In this document: positions 46,188 through 53,399 of the stretch, one piece after another | How positions within the stretch are numbered: position 1 is the stretch's first letter | Layout of the letters: every line of letters starts with the position of its first letter | Assembly (NCBI GenBank): GCA_024402895.1 | Contig: JAKSSX010000001.1 | Location: 22,090-86,089, forward strand | Direction of reading: 5' to 3' | DNA from: Candidatus Saccharimonadota bacterium | Lineage (GTDB): Bacteria > Patescibacteriota > Saccharimonadia > Saccharimonadales > Saccharimonadaceae | DNA: 64,000 bases | Notes under the pieces: model-generated | Databases searched by the model: none | The model's input: only the letters and a program-made list of their open reading frames with translations | What the model was told of the DNA's origin: nothing | Translations under genes and position numbers: made by a program

Positions 46188-46237
46188 TGTTTTGTGCTTA
46201 TGGTATGTTATAATTTAATTAAACATAAGTGTGAGGT

Positions 46238-47491
46238 GTGATGAAAAGTGTGTGGACTAAGGTCAGCGCTGTTGCGTTGGCTGGTGTAATAATAGCTAAT
46301 GCGTTCATTCCGTATGCTTACGCGACGGATATCGATCCTGCGCAAATGGCCAAAATGGCCGAAGAGGCAAAGACGGAAGAATTTTTCTCGATTGAGGAAA
46401 AAATCTTAAACTTTGGGCAGCTTTCGGAGCTTGGCCGCAGCTATACAAAGTCGATTGTCGTTAAAAACAATACGGCAAATGACGTAATTATTGATGCTTC
46501 TACTAGCGTCTATGAGGATGTGGCGGTAGAGAATCAGAAGATTACCGAATGGATTACTTTTGTTGGTGGCATCACACACTTTAGCGTTTCCGCCGGCGCT
46601 TCACGCGATATTAATGTACGTGTCGTTGTTCCTTCTGACGCTGCTTCTGGTACACAATATGCAAACGTCGAGCTAAAAGACGCAAATGGTCACACTGATA
46701 AAGTTCTTGTTAAGGCAGATATTGCTGGCGATGGTTTGAAATATTCCAGCGAAGTTAGTGATGCTACGATTGAGCCTTTTGCGCTTGGCGAAAATCTTAA
46801 GGGTAAGGTTGTCGTAAAGAATACCGGCACGGCTGGTTTCACTTCCGTCTATCAGATTCGCGCAAAGAATGTCTTTGGTGGTATGGACTGGATTATTGTC
46901 GACGAGGGCGAAGAAGAGGTCTTTCCTAGTAAGCAGGTAGAATTTTCTACCGATGACAAGCTTGGCTTCGGCGTTTACAATGTTGAGCAGCGTGTAACTT
47001 TCGCAAATGCCGAAGGACGCATGGTTGAATCGCTCCTTTCTCGTATGGTAATTAATATTCCTACCTGGAGCCTCGCAGTTGCTGGTGGCGTAATTGTCTT
47101 CATTATTATCGTTGCGATTTTCGCAAAGCGTCGCAAAAAGAATCGCAATAAAGATAAGCTAAAAAATGCTGAGCGTAAGGCTCGCGCGGCTGAGATTAAG
47201 AAGGTCGAGCGTGCTGAAGGTAAGGCGATTGATGGCTCCAGTAAAGGTGTAAAAATTGACGAAGATTTAGACGCTGAGCTTGATGCGATCGAGGAATTTA
47301 GCGTAGAAGATAATGGTAGTGAAATTGAGCGCCTAGCAGAGAAACTTGAGGCTAGGGGAGAAGAGCAAGAAGATGAGCCTGAGGAGGAGGTTCCGGTTAA
47401 GGTGAACGTCGTTAAGAAGAAACCGGCTCCAGCTCCTGCTGCTAAAGATACCGCTAAGAAGCCAGTAAAAAAGATTAAAATTATTCAATAA
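46238..47491 (+). CDS. surface protein with two Ig-like (CARDB/NEW3-like) modules, C-terminal TM and long K/E-rich cytoplasmic tail
   Basis: Signal peptide. The patterns VVKNNTANDV...VVVPSDAASGTQYANVEL and VVVKNTGTAGF. TM (LAVAGGVIVFIIIVAIFA), KRRKKNRNK, then a 120-aa charged tail. Confidence 0.7.
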   Translation: MMKSVWTKVSAVALAGVIIANAFIPYAYATDIDPAQMAKMAEEAKTEEFFSIEEKILNFGQLSELGRSYTKSIVVKNNTANDVIIDASTSVYEDVAVENQKITEWITFVGGITHFSVSAGASRDINVRVVVPSDAASGTQYANVELKDANGHTDKVLVKADIAGDGLKYSSEVSDATIEPFALGENLKGKVVVKNTGTAGFTSVYQIRAKNVFGGMDWIIVDEGEEEVFPSKQVEFSTDDKLGFGVYNVEQRVTFANAEGRMVESLLSRMVINIPTWSLAVAGGVIVFIIIVAIFAKRRKKNRNKDKLKNAERKARAAEIKKVERAEGKAIDGSSKGVKIDEDLDAELDAIEEFSVEDNGSEIERLAEKLEARGEEQEDEPEEEVPVKVNVVKKKPAPAPAAKDTAKKPVKKIKIIQ

Positions 47492-47494
47492 TGC

Positions 47495-47520
47495 AAAAAC
47501 CCCGCTACGTGCGGGGTTTT
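47495..47520. terminator. bidirectional terminator
   Basis: AACCCCGC tacgt GCGGGGTT followed by TT. Confidence 0.8.
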
Positions 47521-47541
47521 AGGACGGAAAATAATTAGAGA

Positions 47542-47991
47542 TTATGGTGTCCAGGGTTTAGGCTCAATAGCTGTTACACAGGCATCTACGCCGCGGAAAT
47601 AGATTTTAGCGTAATTCTGTCCGCAATAAGTCATTAAGCTTTCGATAAGTTCCGTGAAGTCTTTTTTGAAACAATCGAGATGCTTTTCGGCGCTGCTCGC
47701 GTCGTGAGGATCCTTTGGGTTGCAATCGCCGAGTCTAGCAGAAACACGAACGCCACGGCATTCCAGATTCTTAGCAGACATATAGTCGCGATCGTAGTAG
47801 TGGACTGATTCGAGCGAAACGGCCATGTATAACCTACAGTTACAAACTTTCTCCACGATGAATTGATAGATCTTGTCTGTGTCGACTACCTCTCTCGGAC
47901 AATCATTGAAGTCGTCGTCGTTTATGCCGACTATGGCTTCAGCGGTGCAAGCAGATGTTTCGTCGAGATTGATAATAATTCTTCTGAACAT
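47542..47991 (-). CDS. 149-aa Cys-rich orphan protein
   Basis: Near-consensus promoter and AAGGAG Shine-Dalgarno. 10 Cys residues. No family recognised. Confidence 0.65.
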   Translation of the reverse strand: MFRRIIINLDETSACTAEAIVGINDDDFNDCPREVVDTDKIYQFIVEKVCNCRLYMAVSLESVHYYDRDYMSAKNLECRGVRVSARLGDCNPKDPHDASSAEKHLDCFKKDFTELIESLMTYCGQNYAKIYFRGVDACVTAIEPKPWTP

Positions 47992-48018
47992 AACTTATCT
48001 CCTTAAGGTGCATAGATT

Positions 48019-48035
48019 TTGGTCAAAATGACCAA
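48019..48035. promoter_or_regulatory. perfect palindrome TTGGTCA-AAA-TGACCAA in the 5' UTR / operator position of the 47991 gene
   Basis: 7-3-7 inverted repeat, located 5-21 nt downstream of the predicted transcription start. Confidence 0.5.
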
Positions 48036-48046
48036 CGCATCCTATT

Positions 48047-48075
48047 ATTGTATCATACTTACGCTTATTTGTCAA
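48047..48075 (-). promoter_or_regulatory. near-consensus promoter (minus strand)
   Basis: On the minus strand: TTGACA, 17-nt spacer, TACAAT. Confidence 0.6.
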
Positions 48076-48103
48076 TTTTAGGGAAGTTTAGCGTTGCTAA
48101 CGC

Positions 48104-48132
48104 TTGCTTTTTTGAACAATTTGGTGTAAAAT
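48104..48132 (+). promoter_or_regulatory. promoter of the tRNA-Lys/tRNA-Val pair
   Basis: TTGCTT, 17-nt spacer, TAAAAT. The tRNA starts 11 nt downstream. Confidence 0.5.
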
Positions 48133-48142
48133 GGTGTGTATT

Positions 48143-48219
48143 GGGTCCGTAGCTCAGCAGGTTAGAGCACCTGCCTTTTAAGCAGGGTGTCGTGAGTTCA
48201 AGTCTCACCGGACTCACCA
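48143..48219 (+). tRNA. tRNA-Lys (anticodon TTT)
   Basis: Full cloverleaf. Anticodon stem CCTGC/GCAGG with loop CTTTTAA. Encoded CCA. Confidence 0.92.
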
Positions 48220-48220
48220 T

Positions 48221-48297
48221 GGGCGGTTAGCTCAGTTGGCTAGAGCGTATCTTTGACGTAGATAAGGTCATAGGTTCGAATCCTATACCGCCCACCA
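48221..48297 (+). tRNA. tRNA-Val (anticodon GAC)
   Basis: Full cloverleaf. Anticodon stem TATCT/AGATA with loop TTGACGT. Encoded CCA. Lies 1 nt after tRNA-Lys. Confidence 0.92.
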
Positions 48298-48312
48298 TTC
48301 TAGAAGCTAAAA

Positions 48313-48333
48313 ACGCCGGTCTTGGCGTTTTTT
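48313..48333 (+). terminator. terminator after the tRNA pair
   Basis: AACGCC ggtctt GGCGTT followed by TTTTT. Confidence 0.75.
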
Positions 48334-48426
48334 CGTGATTGGTTAGCCTTTTACGAAGAGGTCACCAATACCTACGGTTTTAGCTTCTAGTTTTTATAGA
48401 AATAATTTAACGACAAAAGGGCATAT

Positions 48427-50244
48427 ATGAACGATAAAAGCAAAATTAGGAACGTTGCGATTATTGCGCACGTCGACCACGGTAAAACTACTCTCGTTGA
48501 TGCATTATTGAAGCAGAGTAATACTTTCCGCGAAAACCAGGCTGAGATGGGTCAGTCTCTAATCATGGATTCCGGCGATCAGGAGCATGAGCGCGGCATT
48601 ACCATTACTGCAAAACAGACCTCCGTTTTCTATGATGGTTACAAGATTAATATTATTGATACCCCAGGCCACGCAGATTTCTCTGGTGAGGTTGAGCGTA
48701 CCCTTAACATGGCTGACGGTGTTCTCCTTATTGTCGATGCTCAGGAAGGCCCAATGCCTCAGACTAAGTTCGTGCTTCAGAAGGCGCTTGAACTTAATCT
48801 TACCCCTATTGTCGTTATTAATAAGATCGATAAGCCGGCAGCACGCCTTGGCGAGGTTGAAGAAGAAGTTGCAGATTTGTTCCTAGAGCTTGCAACTAAC
48901 GAAGAGCAGCTTAAATATCCTGTTTATTATGCAATCGCTCGCGATGGTAAGGCAGGTAAGACCGCTCAACTTGATAACGATCTTCATGTTATCTTTGATG
49001 CGATTATTAATGAAATTCCAGAGCCACAGGTTGATGTCGATAACTCTAAGGGTGCTCAGCTTCTCGTTGCTGCGCTTGCTGCAGATAGCTATCTCGGTAA
49101 GTATGCTATTGGTAAGATTTTTCGTGGCAAACTCAAGAAGAACGAATCTGTTGCTATTATGAAGACTAATGGCGAAGTTGTTCGTGGCAAGATTGATCGT
49201 CTTTACACTTATCGTGGTCTTGGCCGCGAGGAAGCAAACGAAGCTATTGCTGGCGATATCGTTGCTTTGGCTGGCCTTGGTGCCGCTTCAATCGGCGATA
49301 CGATTGCTACTGGTGAAAATCCAGAAGCTTTGCCAACGATTGAGCTCGAGGCTCCAACCCTTTCTATCTATATTGGTCCAAACACTTCACCACTCAAAGG
49401 TCGTGAAGGCGAATTTACTACCTCTCGCCAGATTGGCGATCGCCTCCAGCGCGAGCTCGAGACGAACATTGCGCTTCGCCTAGAACCACAGGGTCTTGGC
49501 TATAAGGTTTCTGGTCGTGGTGAGTTGCATCTTTCCGTTCTTATCGAAACTATGCGCCGTGAAGGTTATGAGCTTGAAGTTGGTCGACCAGAGGTCGTCT
49601 ATAAGATGGAAGATGGCGTTGAGATGGAGCCAGTCGAAGAGCTTTCTATTGAAGTTGCTCCAGAATTCGTCGGTGCAGTTTCTCAGGAACTTGGCGTTCG
49701 CAAAGCAGAGCTTGTTTCTCAGGAAATGACTACTACTGGCAATACTCGCTTCGTATATACTATTACGACTGCAGCTTTGATTGGTCTTCGCAATAATCTT
49801 CTTACTGGTACTAAGGGTACTGCTATCATGAATACTTTACCAAAGGGCTACCAGCCAGTTACTGCTCATTATCAGCAGGAACGCAATGGTGCGTTGGTTG
49901 CTTCCGAAGCAGGTCAGAGTACTGCTTACGCACTTGATGCAGCTCAGGCTCGTGGTGTTCTATATATTCCACCTCAGGTCGACGTTTATCAGGGTATGAT
50001 CGTTGGTCTTTCCAAGAAAGATGAGCTCGATATTAACGTTTGCCGTGAAAAGCAGCTTACTAACATGCGTACACATGCTTCTGATGGCGCAATTCAGCTC
50101 ACTCCGCACACTCAGCTCTCACTAGAGCAGTGCTTGGACTTCTTGATGGAAGATGAGCTCTTGGAAGTAACGCCAAAGTCTCTCCGTTTGCGCAAGAAGG
50201 AACTAAATCCTACCATGCGTAAGCGCGCAAGAAACCACGCTTAG
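48427..50244 (+). CDS. typA: translational GTPase TypA/BipA
   Basis: IRNVAIIAHVDHGKTTLVD, DTPGHADF and NKID motifs. Length is typical for BipA. Confidence 0.96.
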   Translation: MNDKSKIRNVAIIAHVDHGKTTLVDALLKQSNTFRENQAEMGQSLIMDSGDQEHERGITITAKQTSVFYDGYKINIIDTPGHADFSGEVERTLNMADGVLLIVDAQEGPMPQTKFVLQKALELNLTPIVVINKIDKPAARLGEVEEEVADLFLELATNEEQLKYPVYYAIARDGKAGKTAQLDNDLHVIFDAIINEIPEPQVDVDNSKGAQLLVAALAADSYLGKYAIGKIFRGKLKKNESVAIMKTNGEVVRGKIDRLYTYRGLGREEANEAIAGDIVALAGLGAASIGDTIATGENPEALPTIELEAPTLSIYIGPNTSPLKGREGEFTTSRQIGDRLQRELETNIALRLEPQGLGYKVSGRGELHLSVLIETMRREGYELEVGRPEVVYKMEDGVEMEPVEELSIEVAPEFVGAVSQELGVRKAELVSQEMTTTGNTRFVYTITTAALIGLRNNLLTGTKGTAIMNTLPKGYQPVTAHYQQERNGALVASEAGQSTAYALDAAQARGVLYIPPQVDVYQGMIVGLSKKDELDINVCREKQLTNMRTHASDGAIQLTPHTQLSLEQCLDFLMEDELLEVTPKSLRLRKKELNPTMRKRARNHA

Positions 50245-50252
50245 TAAAAATG

Positions 50253-50285
50253 ACGCCTCTATCTTATCGATAGGGGCGTTTTTTG
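50253..50285 (+). terminator. intrinsic terminator after typA
   Basis: ACGCCTCTATC ttatc GATAGGGGCGT followed by TTTTT. Confidence 0.85.
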
Positions 50286-50317
50286 TTGAATAAAAAAGTT
50301 ATTCATTATGCTTATGC

Positions 50318-50346
50318 TTGATTATGACATGGGTAGATTGTATAAT
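50318..50346 (+). promoter_or_regulatory. sigma70-like promoter
   Basis: TTGATT, 17-nt spacer, TATAAT. Confidence 0.55.
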
Positions 50347-50439
50347 TTTCCGTTAGACACACTTGTACTATAGTTTCTGATGAGGAGGGGCGAAAGTGGT
50401 GTTAGTTCTTTTGAAAAATGTCGACTGGGAGGGCTAAAG

Positions 50440-51018
50440 ATGTTCGAAATTGTAATGGTGTTTGCAGTTTTACTTTCTGTTGTGGCAGGTTTTATACTGT
50501 CGGGTCTCATTGTAGTTATCTTGATGGAGAAGTTTGGTTACGATCTATCTCTCGAGTTCATGATTGCCTACATTCATAAAAGGAATAATGGCAGATATTA
50601 CATTGATGAGGGCGTGGCGCGAGAGGCGATTGCAATTAATATTCAGATACGACTAGTGATGACCTTGGTCGGCTACGCTTTAGTGTCGGTTGGGCTCTTT
50701 GCTTTGGTGCTTTATCTGAAAAGCCTAATCTTTGTTACATGCTTCTTTGCTATTAATCTCGGTATACTGCTCAATTGCTTATTTGCGCTAATTCGAGAGG
50801 TAAGCTTTTGGCCTACAATTGCCAGGTGTGTGAGCTTTGACGAAACAAAAAAGAAGGCTTACATGAAAAGAATGGCGATTCATGACGGTGATTCTGACGA
50901 GGAATTTGCTATCAGCCTAGAAGATGCAGCAGATATAGAGGATATGGCAAAAGTTGGTGATTTATTTGCCTTTATTGAGCCTGCAGTCGGCGACATTATC
51001 TACGATAGAATATCGTAG
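50440..51018 (+). CDS. membrane protein, unknown function
   Basis: GGGAGGG Shine-Dalgarno upstream of ATG 50440. About four TM spans and an acidic C-terminus. Confidence 0.6.
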   Translation: MFEIVMVFAVLLSVVAGFILSGLIVVILMEKFGYDLSLEFMIAYIHKRNNGRYYIDEGVAREAIAINIQIRLVMTLVGYALVSVGLFALVLYLKSLIFVTCFFAINLGILLNCLFALIREVSFWPTIARCVSFDETKKKAYMKRMAIHDGDSDEEFAISLEDAADIEDMAKVGDLFAFIEPAVGDIIYDRIS

Positions 51019-51025
51019 GGAAGAG

Positions 51026-51056
51026 AATCCAGGGTAATTTGCTCCCTGGATTTTTC
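51026..51056 (+). terminator. intrinsic terminator
   Basis: AATCCAGGG ... CCCTGGATT followed by TTT. Confidence 0.8.
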
Positions 51057-51062
51057 TTGTTT

Positions 51063-51240
51063 TAAAATATTTTTGCAAAAATGCAAGTGCAGGGAAGTAA
51101 ATATTGTAAAATATACAACGATTTTGTCAAGACGTCTCACGTTCGGTTATTCTAAAATATTTTTCAGAAAATGCAAGTGTGGAAAAGTCAAAAGCGGAAT
51201 AAAAATTTGTTCGGTTTTTCCTCTGTTATGGAGTAGGTTT
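51063..51240 (+). repeat. two tandem, diverged units of about 90 bp
   Basis: 51063 TAAAATATTTTTGCAAAAATGCAAGTGCAGGGAAGTAAA versus 51153 TAAAATATTTTTCAGAAAATGCAAGTGTGGAAAAGTCAAA. Confidence 0.7.
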
Positions 51241-51277
51241 TTCCACCATGTTGTGAAAAAATCTACAAAAATAGGTA

Positions 51278-51306
51278 TTGAAAAATCCTGGAATGTTGCT
51301 TAAACT
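51278..51306 (+). promoter_or_regulatory. candidate promoter of a 400-nt leader ahead of rsmH
   Basis: TTGAAA, 17-nt spacer, TAAACT. Confidence 0.4.
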
Positions 51307-51714
51307 AAGGACAAGTGGAAACACAAAATAAACACCACGAAACAAAAATACAAAAATAAGTAATCACGATTGACTACTACAAAATGCAAACTACGAATTA
51401 CACTCAGGATCAATCGCAGCAATTCCAAATTGTTACTCTATCGAAGCGTAAGTAACTTATTTTTGCAGCACATTTACAATGTTCGAACCCAGTCATCGAG
51501 GAGTTTTGGGCGCGTTTAGGATACGCGAAACAGAAACTGTATGTACATTCAACACAAATACACACCTCCCAAACAAATAACTCCACCTCACACAAATTAA
51601 GTCTCTCAACTCTGTAACATTATGCTGGCTATACGCCATCAGGCAGTTACAGATATCTTAATGTGTTAAGGAACAAAATAAACAACAAAAAACACAAAAA
51701 CCTGAAATTTCTCG

Positions 51715-52623
51715 ATGAATGGGTTTGAACGAAGTATAATAGAAGGAATGAAAGAAGTTCATATTCCAGTATTATTATCGGACGTCGTAAATATGTTGTC
51801 CCCCAAACAAGGTGAGTCTTATTTGGATTTAACGGCAGGATATGGTGGGCACGCAGATAAAATTTTGGAAGTAACGCAGAATTATAAAGGAGCGGTCCTT
51901 AATGATCGTGATCAGAATGCGATAGATTTCTTAGAGGCGAAGTACCAAGAGGAGAAGCCGAAATTTACGCATGATGATTTTTATAGTACGGCGCTACAAC
52001 TTGTGGAGAGTGATAAAAAGTTCGATATGATCCTGGCTGACTTTGGAGTTTCTTCGCCGCAACTAGATATAGCGGAAAGAGGTTTTTCCTTTGCGAAAGA
52101 AGCTCGTTTGGATATGCGAATGAATAACGAGCAGGAATTGGATGCTTGGACAATTATAAATAAATGGAGCGAAGGTAAACTTGCGGATATTTTTGAGCAT
52201 TATGCTGAAGAAAGATCGGGTCGTGCGAAATTATTGGCTCGTGAAATTTGCATGCATCGCCCTATTAATACTACGACCGAGCTTGCAGATTTGATTAAAG
52301 CAAAGTCGCCATATTCGCATACGCATCCGGCTACGAAGATTTTTCAGGCAATTCGCATCGTTGTAAATGATGAGCTTGGAATTATTGAACGTACCCTACC
52401 TTTGCTGCCAAAATTATTAAATCCTGGTGGCAGGGTCGCGATTATTTCTTTCCATAGCCTAGAAGATCGACTCGTCAAAGATTATTTTAAAGATGAAAGC
52501 AGCAAAGGCTTCGAGTCGACACTTAATGTATTAACTAAGAAACCAATTGTTGCGGAAAACACTGAAATAGTTAACAATCCACGCGCACGTAGCGCAAAGT
52601 TGAGAGTGGCTGAGAAGATTTAA
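51715..52623 (+). CDS. rsmH: 16S rRNA (cytosine1402-N4)-methyltransferase
   Basis: HIPVLL, DLTAGYGGH, DFGVSSPQLD and ISFHSLEDR motifs. Confidence 0.93.
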   Translation: MNGFERSIIEGMKEVHIPVLLSDVVNMLSPKQGESYLDLTAGYGGHADKILEVTQNYKGAVLNDRDQNAIDFLEAKYQEEKPKFTHDDFYSTALQLVESDKKFDMILADFGVSSPQLDIAERGFSFAKEARLDMRMNNEQELDAWTIINKWSEGKLADIFEHYAEERSGRAKLLAREICMHRPINTTTELADLIKAKSPYSHTHPATKIFQAIRIVVNDELGIIERTLPLLPKLLNPGGRVAIISFHSLEDRLVKDYFKDESSKGFESTLNVLTKKPIVAENTEIVNNPRARSAKLRVAEKI

Positions 52624-52970
52624 TCTTGATAGCGCCTCGACTTGCGAGAATGGCGCTATCGTAAAAACAAAAACAAAAAGGAGCAATTAAAATGGCAAAG
52701 ATCATCGTTGCTAGCCGCAGCCGCGCACAGCAGATCAAAGTAAACTTCCGCTAAGAATATATTTATTGACCTCATATATTTTTGGTGTAGAGCAGACTTA
52801 ATCTATTACATGCCCCTTTTGACCGGGGGTACCGAATAGGTGAAGTTGTTCGGAGTGTGTAAAAAAATTTTTGACCTTCTTTGGTAAGGAAGTTGGGCGT
52901 TTATCTCTTGTCGCCCAACTTACCGCCAAAGCTTTTGAAAACAAAAATAAAAAAGGAATATTAATTTTTA

Positions 52971-53333
52971 ATGTCAGCATATTATGCAACTCGAAGACTA
53001 AACACGACTTCAAGTTCAGCTACTTGGGCACGTAACCGCAATGCGGTGCGTCATGATGCGAAGAGGCAGCTGGGTCCGATCAGTCACATTGTATTGCTTG
53101 CAGCAGTAGTGTGCCTAATCGGCTTGCTTGCGCTGACGCAAAGTGCCAAAGTGGTGCAGTATGATCTCGGTATTGCGGAAGCAAATAGTGAGATTTCGAA
53201 CCTAGAGGCACAGCGAGATGCGCTTGCGGTTGAGAATGCGAAAATCACCGCAGCTGCAGCCGGCGAAGAGACTAATCAGGTCGCTTCGACGATGGTTGAT
53301 GCTAATAGTAATGCGGAATTTGTTAGCGAATAA
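52971..53333 (+). CDS. ftsL: FtsL-like cell-division protein
   Basis: Position between rsmH and ftsI. Basic N-terminus, single TM (IVLLAAVVCLIGLLAL), then coiled-coil (SEISNLEAQRDALAVENAK). Confidence 0.65.
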   Translation: MSAYYATRRLNTTSSSATWARNRNAVRHDAKRQLGPISHIVLLAAVVCLIGLLALTQSAKVVQYDLGIAEANSEISNLEAQRDALAVENAKITAAAAGEETNQVASTMVDANSNAEFVSE

Positions 53334-53360
53334 TTAACTATTGTTTGTGTTTTGTAAAAA

Positions 53361-53385
53361 TACACCCCAAACAGGGTGTATTTTT
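53361..53385 (+). terminator. intrinsic terminator inside the dcw block
   Basis: TACACCC caaaca GGGTGTA followed by TTTTT, immediately before TGaTAGAAT. Confidence 0.75.
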
Positions 53386-53399
53386 GATAGAATATGGTT

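Noticed and set aside
48091-48118. Hairpin AGCGTT gcta AACGCT followed by a T-run, as an orphan terminator or sRNA end
   Set aside because: It overlaps the -35 region (TTGCTT) of the tRNA-Lys/Val promoter. No upstream plus-strand transcription unit ends here.
41405-48142. Calling the orphan block a prophage or integrative element
   Set aside because: No integrase, recombinase, transposase, phage structural gene or att-type repeat of the flanking tRNA ends could be seen. It is reported only as a compositionally and functionally atypical island.
48587-49729. Chain of four Leu/Ser/Arg-rich ORFs (48587-48886, 48890-49162, 49169-49483, 49496-49729), all in one alternative frame inside typA
   Set aside because: The typA frame has unmistakable GTPase motifs throughout. 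The alternate frame is open only because of codon bias (GCT/CTT/GTT-rich), has no start or SD context, and yields low-complexity products.
51073-51595. ORFs 51073-51303 (+) and 51410-51595 (-) as possible genes or an mraZ remnant
   Set aside because: There is no SD, the products are Cys/Lys/Phe-rich and implausible, and the plus-strand ORF spans the tandem repeats. No SpoVT/AbrB-like (MraZ) signature appeared in the frames I read.
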